Assembly: GCA_030295235.1 (NCBI GenBank)
Contig: AP026130.1
Span: forward strand, 1,178,001-1,242,000
Source: Fistulifera solaris
Taxonomy: Eukaryota
Direction of reading: 5' to 3'
Length of the DNA stretch: 64,000 nucleotides
The first letter of the stretch is position 1. Every line of letters starts with the position of its first letter. The position numbers and the translations under genes were made by a program. Shown here piece by piece: positions 35,238-47,575 of this stretch. Below the pieces are notes generated by a model, which saw only the letters and a program-made list of their open reading frames with translations, made no database searches and had not been told where the DNA came from.

Positions 35238-36581
35238 CTAGTAAAAGCGAGGCTTGTGCTCCGAGAGTTGTAGTAATAAGTTTTCCATCTCATTCACGTC
35301 AAATGTGTCTGTCGTCCAGCAAGTATCGTTTTGATGACTCCTATCATATTCCGACGCAAAGCTGTTATCATCGCTGAAGCTGTCTTCGTCGCCGTTGTCT
35401 TCCTCATCCGCAATAGTTAACGCATTCTCAGGGGCAACCTGTCCCGAAACTACCATCGCTGCTTGTTTAGGAGATAGAGCGCCCAAAGGATCGGTCAAAG
35501 GAATCGAGTGAGGTTTGACCATAGTCAAAGGCGGTTCGAGTACCGTATGTGGCAAGAAGACGTTTTGCTTGGCCTCCAAAAAAATGCACCCATTGACGCC
35601 AATAACCTTTCCGAACGTAAGACAAAGGCACCGCACCTTGCCCATCGGCCATGTTAAATAAGTTAGCGTCCGCCTTTAAAATGAGTTCAATCGTTTTGAA
35701 GCAAGGTTTCGACCAGCACTAGCGAAGCAAGCTGCGTGAGTCGAGATTGCGCAGACGTCAGAACAAAAGGAGCGCATGTTGCACTTACCGCCTCGTGTAA
35801 CGGTGTTCGGCCCAAAGAATCAGATACTTGAATGCTTGCTCCGTAATTCAGAAAAAGTTTCAGCATCTTGCTTTCACCCCGTCGGCAAATAAGATGAATT
35901 AAGGACTCTCCGGTCGCACTGCATGGATTAGGGGATATTCCTGCTTGAAGCATTTTTTCCAACGCTTCGATGTCACCGTTTCGGACATGCTCGACCAGCA
36001 CAGGACCGTAACTGCTGGCTTGAAGAGGTGTCGGCATATTCCTGTAGCCAGTTTCAAGCGTTTTGAAGCGCTCACTTGTTAGCCCGCGGGATTGAAGAAG
36101 ACTTTCCAAGTACATTTGAGGAGAAACACGAGGACTCTAACCAAACAAGTGAGATACGTTAAGTTGGTTGCGAAGTCAGAGTTCAAAAACTTACCTCCTT
36201 CTCAAAGCTGCTTGATGAATCTCTCGAGTCGATGCTAAGAGTTGAAGTGCTGTCTTTCGACAAGCTAAGCGCATGCGAAGAAGTGCCTCGCAATTTATGA
36301 CGTGCTTTTTCCCGAGTTGTCCCGTCCCCAACAGTAACAATCTTCGAAGACTTTCCGTACCCGAAAGCAAGATTTTTCACCGAGAGGACTTTTGGATAAA
36401 ACGTCTGCTCTTTGACCTGCCCTTGTCCTCGGCGCTGAAAAAGCCAGTTCTTGGAAAACACCTTGCTTGCGGAGTTGTCCGGCGGCGGCTGGTGAACCTC
36501 ATTTCCTCGATTGGAAGCCAGGAAGACAGCTTGCAAACCGAGTGGGATGCGATTGCTTTTTTGTTTCAAATCGGTGTCCAT
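35238..36581 (-). CDS. Ankyrin-repeat protein (diatom-type family), 3 exons, one apparent frameshift
   Basis: GISPNPCSATGESLIHLICRRG, DSLGRTPLHEA; introns about 36137-36194 and 35719-35788; paralogue at 62765-64000. Confidence 0.8.
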
Positions 36582-38182
36582 CGTCAAACAATGTGAGACA
36601 GATAAAATCTTTTATGTGCAAGATCTTCTTTCAGCCTTGGGTAGGGGTTTGTTCTTTCGTTTAGCAGGTAAACGGTTTTCGGATGCTTTTATGGTCAACG
36701 ATAAAGAATAATTGGGTTTGATCATGTAGCTTTTAAACGACTGATGCTTTACGCTTCTGTCGCTTGTCCTCGAAGAAAAGTGGGAAGCCCATTCTCTAAT
36801 CTTGTTCTGGAACTTCGAAGCGTTAGCGACTCTTTTGCCCCCGTATGCGCAAATGTCTTAATCTGAAAGCGAATGGCAAGTCACCACACAACACAACATG
36901 CTAGCTGCTAGCCATTTGCCTGTTTGTGTTACATAATACCACTCTCTAGAGAGTCTCTACAGTCGTCTCTAGTCTCTACACCACCAAAATTTGAACTTTG
37001 AACTAAAAGCGGGCAAACTGTATAGCTTCATCGAATTAAGTGAAGTGTCACCAAGGAAGAGCTGAAGTCTTCTTCTTCTCGACTTTGCGAGCTTTAACGC
37101 CGTTACTGCAACACTCCAAACTTTTGGAATCCAATATCCAATCGTTACATGAGAACGGGGAGAGACTTTAAGGATGAATGACGTATTTACGTATTTAACC
37201 TTTGAACATCCGGACACCGACGTAAAAGTTAAAGTCTTTCGAGATTTCCGCTGAATTGCTAATCAAAGTTCATCCGCATTCCTTACTTTTTTGAAAAACG
37301 GAGAAATAAGACAAACGTTCTTCTGCCTTGTTCTGCGGATTCTGTGTGCCGATGCCCGATGCCTGAATTTACAAGATAGAACTCTAGGAACTTACGAACC
37401 CGAACACGGACCTATTCATCTTACAATACCAGGTAAGGAATGAGTAGTGAGTAGTGACCACGCACGTCAGACGTCAGTAAGTGGCCTTCCTTATGCTTAC
37501 CCTCCAAAAAGCTTTGGGCTTTGGCCGTTTACACTACGTCGTAGTATAAATTCCAACAAACCCACCGCTACTTAGGTCGAACTAAGAACGAAAAGAGAAG
37601 CAGGGCTATTGGAATGCAAAAGTATGTCTTAAATAAACAAGCCCGTAATAGAGGGTTATTGTGGTTGCAGGATTTCAATCATACCCAACAACGATCAAAG
37701 GATAATAGCTTTTTACATCGATTGGACGAATGTAGCCGAAGACTTGGACCCTGCATGTGCCTAACCTTGCTATAGTTTTTTCGGGTCGTGCTTTTGTGAG
37801 GCGGTTCTGGCTTTATTTCTTCGTTCCTCCAAAATTCCAATCATTGATCTCTCATGTTGAAACTAATTTTGGGGGGCAAGGAAGAATGTCACATCCGACC
37901 ATAGTTTTACCGTAGTTGTCGTACCGAGTACGCTTAACTAATTATAAATACTAATGAGTCACGCTCGTTAATCAAGAAACCTGCTCCTCGATGTCCTATA
38001 TGGTCGATTTGTAGGATCTCCTGCTAACTGTCCTTCCATCCGTGCGTTTGTTTTTATATATCGCAGCAAAAAGCGACGAAAACCGAACGCTGCGCTTATT
38101 GAAGTCAATAGACTAGTATCTGTTGTTATCCTTGAACGATTATTCATTCTACTCGTTTTTAAAGTCACAATTAACAATAATC

Positions 38183-38572
38183 ATGCTTTACACTAGCAAA
38201 GCGTTTGCTCCCCTCGCGCGGGGGTCGATTCAACAACGTCGGACATTTATTAATTGGATGACCAACTACCCCGACAAGGTGCGTTTGTGATTAGGGAGAC
38301 AAGCGGCTTTACCCGAGTTTGCGATCTTCGTCTTTCATATTCTGATTATATTTTTTTTCAAATTCGTGCTGACGATTTTTAATTTCATTGCTGCGCAGAT
38401 TGTGGAATTGAAGCGAGCACACCAAGCCGGTGGTCGTTCGACTTTTACCTGGCTCAAGCAGCCACAGGACAAGATGGTCACGGCAGTAGGTGCGACTCTC
38501 ATGACACTCGGATTTCTTCAGCTCATTCCGGGATATTACCGCTTGGCTTCTGGAAAGGGAAAGCTCGAGTAA
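38183..38572 (+). CDS. Small mitochondrial membrane protein, cytochrome c oxidase subunit VIIa-like; 2 exons
   Basis: MLYTSKAFAPLARGSIQQRRTFINWMTNYPDK|IVELKRAHQ...TWLKQPQD + TM + GKGKLE; intron 38279-38398. Confidence 0.6.
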
Positions 38573-38850
38573 GAGGAGAAATGGACATCAGAATACTTTT
38601 GCCGAAATGTACTACAAGAGTAGGATAGAAAAAGGATAAAGTGTTGCTCGAAAGAATTATGAGGTACCATTTTCTTTTCAATAGCTGGATCTTCGCTGCA
38701 TCTATTTAAGTGATACCGTAAATTGAAACTAGTGTTGCAAGTCAATAAAAAATAAAAAGTAATTCACTACGGATACTGAGGCAAGGAATCTTCCAACAAC
38801 ATTCATTCCTTTAGTGTCTTCCTAGTTCGCCATTTGCTGTTGAGTTGTAA

Positions 38851-39822
38851 TTATTCCTTGGGCTTACTGGCAATCTTCTTGTAATCCCACTGGACTCGAA
38901 CCGGCGGAAACTGTCCCGATCGTATGGCACGAATCGTTTCGTTGATTTCATCTTGAGTATTCAAGACAATAGGACCGTGCCACGCAATAGGTTGACGCAA
39001 TTTGCGACCAGCAAAAACCATGACACTAGCTCCTTGATGACCTGCTTTCAATTCAATGAGTCGTTTGTCGGGCATCGACGCGTCCATGAGAATGACAGAA
39101 CCCTGAGGGATTGCACTCGACTGGGAATGACTACCCGTTTGATGATTCAAATGAGTTAATTCTCCGTCATACACATACAAGATGGTTGTATCGAAATCAT
39201 CCGCAATAGGAAACGAGACTTCATCGGATGGCTGTAATTCAAAATCCAGCATTTGCACTGGTTGCACCGTCTCAAATGGCCCCTTCGTCCCAAATGCTTC
39301 TCCTGCCAGTATACGGACTGTGCTTTTTCCTTCATTCAACGGCAAAGCGGGAAGATCTTGAGTCGGAACTGTCCCGTAGCGCGGATCCAACCGTTTCTTA
39401 TCCGCCGGCACATTGATCCATATTTGAAAGCCTTCTACCGCCTGCCCTGCAGGTGTAGCCCCTCCTTCCGCGTGCTCGACACCGGAACCCGTGGAGATCC
39501 ACTGCATACCCGGTGCCTCAAATGTTTCTCGATTTCCGAGTGAATCTCCGTGGCGTCCGAAACCTTTCTTCAAATAAGAACAGATATCGAAACCTGAGTG
39601 GGGATGCCAGTTGATTGGGAAATCGTCTGGATGTTGAGCCATACCCGTGGAAGGTGCATCAAAGTAGTCGCACATGAGAAACGGATCCGATTCTTCGGAG
39701 GGGATCGGGTTGGGAAAAGCTTGTTTGACCGTTCGTTCATCACCAAAGGGATGTGTCACGCCTTGACGTGTGATGGTCTGAATGGGCATGAGTGCTGCCA
39801 GTGGACGTTGTGGGTCGGTCAT
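38851..39822 (-). CDS. Pirin-like protein
   Basis: DPFLMCD, WHPHSGF, HGDSLGN, QWISTGSGVEHAE, GFQIWINVP, PIAWHGPIVLNT. Confidence 0.93.
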   Translation of the reverse strand: MTDPQRPLAALMPIQTITRQGVTHPFGDERTVKQAFPNPIPSEESDPFLMCDYFDAPSTGMAQHPDDFPINWHPHSGFDICSYLKKGFGRHGDSLGNRETFEAPGMQWISTGSGVEHAEGGATPAGQAVEGFQIWINVPADKKRLDPRYGTVPTQDLPALPLNEGKSTVRILAGEAFGTKGPFETVQPVQMLDFELQPSDEVSFPIADDFDTTILYVYDGELTHLNHQTGSHSQSSAIPQGSVILMDASMPDKRLIELKAGHQGASVMVFAGRKLRQPIAWHGPIVLNTQDEINETIRAIRSGQFPPVRVQWDYKKIASKPKE

Positions 39823-40279
39823 GACTCGGTATGACTGCTTTGTCTATTTACGGTGTTTTCACTGATTGATGGCTCAATGTTATGATAGAAGAAAAAGATA
39901 ATGTTGTGACCATTCTTCATTCTTTCAATATTAGAAAGGAAAGAATGAAATACTGGTAATGAAGAAAGCTGGTTGACCCGAAGATCGAAGAACTTTGACG
40001 ATAGCCTCGCGCAATAAGTAAAAAATCCATCCCTGTCGTACCGGTTGCAAATTTTCTTCCCGCGCGGTCATCGCGGTCATCGTCGGTGCAAGGACGAACG
40101 ACGGCACGCAGAAGAAAAACGTCCGCCGCGAATGAATACGAAAAAAGTGAATAGATGCGCTCCTATCTCCTATCCATCATTTGCAGTGCATCTCATAATA
40201 CTCTCTATCATTCAATTGCCGCGATAGATAGTCTCATTGCTTTCTAAACGAACCCATCAGCTTGATAGGAAGAGGCGGA

Positions 40280-41713
40280 ATGACGACTAGAACAGAACAA
40301 ACGGATGATAATTCATCAAATGATTCGCCATCGAAGCGACCCCGCCCCGAACTATCGCCTCTCTACAATCCCGAAGTGCTTCCCAACGAACTCAAGAATG
40401 TTGACTTTACACAACGCATCACATGGGGCAAGTATGCTCCTTATACGGAAGAAGTCTTGCCGCTGAAAGCTCTGGATGCACCAGCGACTCCGAAGCACCG
40501 ACTGGAAATGCATATACACAATTTGTCGAATCGAGCACGCGCGGGCACCATTCATTTACAACGACCATCATCACGGCCTATTCCTACACCCATGTTCATG
40601 CCGGTGGGTACAAAAGGGTGTTTGAAAGGTGTCACCATTGATGAATTGATGCATTGTTTGGACTGTCCCATCATTCTAGGAAATACGTATCATCTCGCCA
40701 TTCAACCGGGGACCGAACTCATTCGCGAGCAAGGTCAATTGCGAAAGTTTCAAGGAAATGGGAATCATAATTTGCTCACGGATTCGGGAGGGTTTCAAAT
40801 GGTATCGCTTTCGAAGTTATCGAATATTTCGGAAGAGGGAGTCACCTTTGAGAATCCATTCGCCAAAGGCGAAACGATGTTACTCAAACCAGAAGATTCC
40901 ATACGTCATCAAACCAACATTGGGGCAGATATTATCATGGCTTTGGATGATGTTGTCAGTAGTGTGATTGCTGATCATGATCGGTTTCGGGAGGCAACGT
41001 ACCGTACGCTGCGTTGGTACGATCGATGCCTACAAGCCAAGGCCGAAGGTGATCCGGATCATCAACAGAATCTTTTCCCCATCGTTCAAGGTGGACTAGA
41101 TACGCAGTTGGGTGGTTTGCGAGAACAGTGCCTGGCAGGATTCCGGAACCGCGATCAAGATGTAGCGGGATTCGCCATTGGAGGATTGGCGGGAGGTGAG
41201 TCGAAAGATGACTTTTGGAGAGTCGTCAATCAGTGTTGCAAAGCACTGCCCGATGACCGACCACGCTATTTGATGGGAGTGGGCTATCCACTTGACTTGG
41301 TTGTGTGTACCGCACTTGGGGTCGACATGTACGATTGTGTTTATCCAACGCGCACAGCGCGCTTCGGTGTTGCTTTAATCAATGATGGAACTTGTAAGCT
41401 CAAAGCCCAAGCGTGTGCAACGGATTTTCGGGTCATTCAAGAGAACTGTAAATGTCAGGCCTGTCAACTAGGAATCACTCGATCGCGGTTGCACTTCATG
41501 TACAAGACGGGGAATCCGGTTGCGGTGCAGTTGTTGACGCAACACAATCTGACTTACATGATGCAATTGGTGGGTGATATGCGAAACGCTATACTGGAGA
41601 ACCGATATCCGACATATGCACGAGCATTTGTTAAAAATATGTTTGCCGAGGAAGCAGTACCTGGTTGGGTGGTAGATGCATTAAACGAAGCTGGAATCTC
41701 GTTGCAGGAGTAA
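40280..41713 (+). CDS. QTRT1: Queuine tRNA-ribosyltransferase catalytic subunit
   Basis: TPMFMPVGT, LGNTYHL, LTDSGGFQMVSL, PIVQGG, GGLAGGE, PRYLMGVGY, DMYDCVYPTRTARFG, CKCQAC..HN. Confidence 0.96.
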   Translation: MTTRTEQTDDNSSNDSPSKRPRPELSPLYNPEVLPNELKNVDFTQRITWGKYAPYTEEVLPLKALDAPATPKHRLEMHIHNLSNRARAGTIHLQRPSSRPIPTPMFMPVGTKGCLKGVTIDELMHCLDCPIILGNTYHLAIQPGTELIREQGQLRKFQGNGNHNLLTDSGGFQMVSLSKLSNISEEGVTFENPFAKGETMLLKPEDSIRHQTNIGADIIMALDDVVSSVIADHDRFREATYRTLRWYDRCLQAKAEGDPDHQQNLFPIVQGGLDTQLGGLREQCLAGFRNRDQDVAGFAIGGLAGGESKDDFWRVVNQCCKALPDDRPRYLMGVGYPLDLVVCTALGVDMYDCVYPTRTARFGVALINDGTCKLKAQACATDFRVIQENCKCQACQLGITRSRLHFMYKTGNPVAVQLLTQHNLTYMMQLVGDMRNAILENRYPTYARAFVKNMFAEEAVPGWVVDALNEAGISLQE

Positions 41714-41808
41714 ACGGCTCATCGTCGAAACTCCTTCGTGGATATATGCGCACGGCGAATAAATACTCGTTATAAAAACTAATGTCTACTGAAGGATTAT
41801 GTATCAAT

Positions 41809-43038
41809 CTATTGACTTTCGGCTTCGACTGCCTTGTGCGGGCCATCGTATACTGAGAAATCAGTGTATCCTTTGGCACCAGTGGGAGCATACCAGGTCT
41901 CGTAAGCGGCCTCGGGCTCCAAAGGCCAATTGTGCGTGAAACGCTCCACGAGGTCAGGGTTCGAAATGTACAAGCGACCAAACGCGCAGAGATCCGCGGC
42001 ACCCGAGCGGACCATTCCCTCGGCCGTGTCTTTGTTCAAACCGACGTTGCACATAATGGGACCGTCGAATACTTTACGAAAGTCAGCGACAGTGACGACC
42101 TTGCATTTGTTGTGGAATCCGAAACCAAGTCCATCCATGACGTGCAAGTAGGCAGGCTTGTATTCGTTCATGACCTTGGCAAAATAAGGGAACGCAACAT
42201 CGTTGTCTTCACTGCCCATGTCTCCAAAAGACACCGTTGGGCGAAAAGCGGAAACCAATACGGTTGGCCGGGTACGCACCACTTTCCACAATGGCCTCAA
42301 AGATTTCCTTCAAAATACGAATTCGGTTATCAAGACTGCCTCCGTAGTTGTCCGTGCGTTTATTGGTGGAAGACTGAAGGAACGTATCAATGAGGTAACC
42401 GTTGGCTGCGTGAATTTCAATTCCGTCGAAACCGGCTTCTTTCGCGAGCTTGGCGGCATTGACGTAGTCGGCAATCGTCGCCTTGATCTCGTCGACGGTC
42501 AACTCCGAAGGAACTTCGGCTTCCGCATCTTCACCATTGATGGTTCGGACCTTGACACCGGACATGGCGATCGGCGACGGAGCGAAAGTCTTGTTGGTGG
42601 ACGGATGGTGAGAAGAGTGTGACTGACGACCCATATGCCAAAATTGCATAAAGATGATTCCTTCTTTCGCATGAACGGCATCGACTACCTTCTTCCATCC
42701 TTCCACATTCTCCGGGAAACGAATGTGGGGGCGTTGCGCCAGCCACAGCCGGCCTCCGATATGGCCGTAGCTTCGGTGATAAGCAAACCGCCTGAAGCAC
42801 GCTGGGTGTAGTATTCGACCATGAGATCATTGGGAGTAGTGCACACAACATCAAAAGGATTTTCGGTAGGAGTGCATCTGGAAGATTCACAAGATCGCGA
42901 GCGAGTTACTTAGATGCTGGCTCGTTCACAAGATAGAAACGACGTTTCAATGACTTACCGACCACGCGTCAAAGGAGCAAGAACGACACGGTTCTTGAGC
43001 TCAAGGTCTCCGATAGTGAATTTGGATAGAAGCTGCAT
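41809..43038 (-). CDS. Old Yellow Enzyme family flavin oxidoreductase (OPR/NemA-like); intron and apparent frameshifts
   Basis: LKNRVVLAPLTRGR, QFWHMGR, EAGFDGIEIHAANGYLIDTFL, NKRTDNYGGS, AFGRLYISNPDL, GYTDF; intron 42878-42958. Confidence 0.93.
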
Positions 43039-44109
43039 GTTGCAAAGTTTTTTTATTGAAATTAGAAAAGAAGAAAAGTAAATTTATAAGCAATTGAGTG
43101 GTCGATAGAAGTTTCTCTCGCACAAATAAATAATACTCGGAGTAAGATTTATGTTTCGTGTGATGACGATGATGATGTGGTTGCGATCGGAATGACATAC
43201 TTCGCCGATCGCCGCCGCTATGTTCCTTTTTCTTCGAAATTGTTCCGCTTTTTCCGTCGTAATTCGAAACCGTTCAATTTTGTTCATGGTGACGACGATG
43301 TCGGAAAGGTATACATAGATAAATTTTACTATCGACGGAAGTGTTGGTTCAAGGAGGTACGACTGGTTTTTTGCAGTCACGAGTTATCTACGTTTGTGCG
43401 AATTGTTCACGTTGTGTCGCTTTCATCCGATTCTTTCTTCACCCTAAGCTGAAAATGCAGCAGAAGATCATCAACCTACTTTGACAACGCATTTATCAAT
43501 CATTTTCGTCGAAATGCTTCTTGTATTCAGTATTTCAGGACGCACTATATAGACGAAAGTGTTGGTTGATAGGGTTACGACTGGATCACGGTACGAGTCA
43601 CGGACGTTTTTCCACTTCTCCGTATTTACTTATTGATGGCTGGCGTGCTGGAAATTTACTACAAAATGCAAACATGTGCTATGAACATAACGCTCGGAAG
43701 CATTGCTTGATATAACCGCAACAAACAGGTAATCTGGTCTCGTAATTTAAGCGTTCCGACTTCATTATCTAGTGCTTTTAAGTGTTTGTATTTGCATCTC
43801 CATCCTGGTGTACATAGTTTTGAGTCATACTCTGTACTTTGACCGATTATAGGAACTACGTAATTATTTGATACTCTATACCTTTCATGAAGGCATGCGG
43901 CCAAAATCGGCGCGCATTTACATTTAGAGCACGCCTGAAACGTGCTGGATACTACCGGAATCGTTTTATCTTCGTTATCCTAAGTTCGACACATGTTGTC
44001 GAGCTGTTTCCGGGGTCAATTAGGGTGAATATTGGTTGTTGCGTAGCAAGTCCAGCTTTCCAGTTTCGTATGAATGACCTCTACTACCATAATTTTCTGC
44101 ATGTTGCAA

Positions 44110-44643
44110 TTAGAACCAATTCGTGTATTCCGCACTCCTCGCAGTTAACACTGATGGACTGACGGCTTCAGATCTCTTTCTTCTGGAAGAAGCATTTGTT
44201 CTGCTGTTTAATTTCGTACTCTTTATTGATAGTTGCCGAGAGTTTTGAATGGACAGTACTTCCTCCTCGACCTCTTCCAGCAACAATTTAGAGCCATTGT
44301 CACCCGCGGTCGCTGCTCTCTCTAATGCGGAAAGTCGACGGACTTGTTTCTCTGCAGCGGTAATCTTTTCGTAGGTGTCAATGTCGAAAATCTGTGAATC
44401 ATTTTTGTTCCAGTCCAAAAGCAAAGGCACGCCATCACTCACAGACGGGTTGTCACCGCAAATGAGATCGTGGTGATGAACCTTTACCGTGGAAAATGTG
44501 ATGCGGGATGATCGAGTATTACTTCGACTGGTGCTCGTTGTGCTGCTCGATTCGCATGAGTTTCTACGCAACTGGATGGCGGATAGTGACGCCGTCAAAG
44601 GCTGAACTGACTCGCAGCTCTCATTCATTTGATGATGATTCAT
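44110..44643 (-). CDS. Hypothetical protein (diatom-type GDNPSVS.GVP...W family)
   Basis: ITFSTVKVHHHDLICGDNPSVSDGVPLLLDW...IDTYE motif, recalled as recurrent in diatom proteomes. Confidence 0.7.
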   Translation of the reverse strand: MNHHQMNESCESVQPLTASLSAIQLRRNSCESSSTTSTSRSNTRSSRITFSTVKVHHHDLICGDNPSVSDGVPLLLDWNKNDSQIFDIDTYEKITAAEKQVRRLSALERAATAGDNGSKLLLEEVEEEVLSIQNSRQLSIKSTKLNSRTNASSRRKRSEAVSPSVLTARSAEYTNWF

Positions 44644-45329
44644 TGCTGCTAAAGTGTAAGGCTCTTGCTACACCAATTTGTGCTGACTGGGTTGAAACGT
44701 TTGTTTTGCCTTTCTCTTTATATTATTATTATTTTGACAAGAACGACGACAAGATGGAAGATGGATGGATGGTTCCATTTTGCATTTTCTTTTCTCTCTC
44801 CACTCTCCACTTGTCGAAGTTCAACCATAAAGAACACAACAGGAGAAGTTGTCTGGGGAAGACCGCACACAATGTGGATCATACTCTACTATGCCATTGA
44901 TACTGTTGAACGACTGACCGGACATAAAAACCGGCCCTTTTGGCATCATCTTTAGTAGTAAATTGTGAGAAGACTACCTGGTACCTGGTATGTTCCATCT
45001 ATCCCAGTAGACTTTCTCACTTCTCCGCCGTTCGCACTGCTTCGGCGAACTTGTTCTCTCCGCACTCCGCACTGTTTCTCCGCCAACCAGTACCGTCCGG
45101 GACTTCTAGACCAATCAGATAACAGTATTTTCTTACTGTATTTATAAACAGTATATGACTTTTTCCGTCCTTCGTCCGTACTGCTTGTTCTAATGGGACT
45201 TCATCAGTCACGCTTTTAAGATCACAAAAACAGACCGCGACTATGACGGCGGCAAAAATAAAAGCGGCGGAGCAGCGCAGAGCACAAACGACGTTTACTT
45301 GATCTTACAAAGCAACCAAGAATGCAACA

Positions 45330-47551
45330 ATGAATGAGCCGAATCCCAAGCGACCGAAAACAACGTCTCAGTCGTCACTGTCGTCTTTCTTTACAATAAA
45401 AACAACCGTACAAAAGGAGACGCAAACAAAGGACAAAGACGTATCTTCTTCTCAAAAAATCGATACATCGTCAAATGAACCCATTATTCCTCGGAGTGTC
45501 CCTGCCTCGTTAAAGGCAACATGGAATGTTTATCAGAATGCTTGTATTTACCGAAAAGTGAGAGGAGAAGTGAATGAGAGAACCAAACTAGCGGCGTTTG
45601 ATTTAGATGGCACTCTGTTAACATGGCGAATTGACGGCTGGCCGAGTAAGTTCGAACACTACGAGTTGTGGAATGCTACCGTCATTGACAGGCTTCGTCG
45701 ATTGTATGATGAAGAAGACTATCGGCTGGTTGTATTCAGTAATCAAGGATTGATACGACAAGCTTTCACGGGTGTGAAAGCGACGTTTGTCAAGTCGCTG
45801 CTCGAGTGGTTCGCGAATCTGCTCGATCGTCCTCTTTCCGTGGTCTTGTCGACAAGCAAAAGAATGGCTTTCATAAGCCTTCTCACAAAATGTGGAACGT
45901 AGCGGAAGAATGTTGTTTTGGTGGACGCACTATGGATGTTTCTTCCAGTTTCTTCGTCGGGGACAGTATTGGAGGCGATGATGATCCACAAGGAGGCGTG
46001 GACATTGGCTTTGCTCGTGCAGTGGGGGAACACCGAAATGCGAACTTACGCTTCTACAGCCCGACTGAGTTCTTCGGACCGAGTTCGAAGCAAAAGCGCG
46101 ACAAAGGGAAGGTTGCAGTGACTTACGAGAAGCCTCCAGCTGCAGTGCTTCAGACGAGGGCTGCACTTGTCAGTGGCTATCTGGAAGGACCAATCATGCT
46201 TATTCTATGTGGAGCACAAGGGTCTGGTAAAAAGTACATTTTGTGACAAATTACTAGGGAAGAATGATGCATGGGTCCATCTATCACAAGACACCATCAA
46301 CAATGGAAAACCGGGAAAACGAGAAATGGTGGAAGAAACAGCCGAGAAAGAACTCCGTGCAGGACGATGTATTGTCGTGGATCGCATGCATCTGGATGAG
46401 ACACAGCGTTCGGTATTCGTAAGTACAGCGAAGCGGGTAAATGTACCGGTTCATGCGCTGGTCCTATCAACTTCAACGTCTCTCCTAGCGTCCCGGGTGA
46501 AACGCCGATCAAATCATCCTGCTGGTGTTGAGGGCGAAAAAGGAGTGAAAGTTGCGATGATATCAGCATCCAAAATGGTTATGCCGACGTATACGGAAGG
46601 CTTTGCATTGATTAGCGTTACAGCGACAGAGCAAGGCGTAGCTCGATTTGTTGACCAATACAGCAAAATTTCGACGGCAGAACCGAATACGACTTCGATA
46701 CTGAAACAGTTTGATCTCCCGCAAATTAATATCCCATCCGTTATATTAGGAACGATGAAAATGGGCAGGAAAAGTGCTGCAGAGATTGTATCGAAGGCCA
46801 GATCGTTGGGATTCGCAGGCGTTGATACTGCGCCAACTTACAACAACGAGATAGAGGTTGGTCGAGGAATGGATAATGATATGTTTTGTGTGGTCAAAGT
46901 GCCGAAGCGCGCATCGACTGCTGAGGATGTGCAAAAGAGCTATGCAATAGTCTTTCAAGCTTGGGGCGAAAGCAAGCTGACCTTCTATTACTGCATTGGC
47001 CATCGGATTCTGAAACACTAAAATCTGTTTGGCAAGGAATGGAGACTTGTGTCAAAGAAGGATTTGTTAAGGCTCTTGGGGTCTGCAACTTTAGTGCTAA
47101 GGCTTTGGCAGGACTAATACCAATGTGCTCGATTACCCCGTGCATCAATCAAGTGGAACGCCATCCTTTCCTTCCGCAATGGGATCTTGTCGACTTTTGT
47201 GCACAGAACGACATTTTGCTGCAGGCTCACACACCTTTGGGTCAAGGCAATAACGATCTCTGGGAAGATCCAAGTGTGCAACAAGTGGTGGCATCGACCG
47301 GTCTCTCGCCTGCAAAGGTTTTGCTTCTTTGGAATCTTCAACAAGGGGTAGCTGTGGTGCCAAGATGTAGCTCAGAAGAACATTTGGCCGATATTATGGA
47401 ACTCTTCAAAACAGCAGCGTCTAGCGAGGCCTTATTAATCGCAGACGATTTGATGGAATTGAACGGCATTAGTCGTACGTGCAGGTTTATTGCGCCGCCC
47501 TTCATGTTTGGTTCTTCGAGTTACTGCTGGGCGACGAATGCGAACAAGTAG
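45330..47551 (+). CDS. PNKP-like DNA 3'-phosphatase + P-loop kinase fused to an aldo-keto reductase (three apparent A-run indels)
   Basis: AAFDLDGTL, VFSNQ, HKP, FFVGD..D (HAD); LCGAQGSGKST, SQD, VDRMH (AAA_33/PNK kinase); GVDTAPTYNNE, VVKV, LLLLHWP, LGVCNF, NQVERHP (AKR). Confidence 0.85.
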
Positions 47552-47575
47552 TTGTCTTTTACGTACTCAAGTAGG

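Noticed and set aside
36700..38150. Possible gene or RNA in the 1.4-kb intergenic gap
   Set aside because: Only short non-ATG ORFs and no recognisable structured-RNA motif
38851..43038. Pirin-TGT-OYE as a bacterial operon-like island
   Set aside because: Alternating strands, a spliceosomal intron in OYE and a eukaryotic-type TGT
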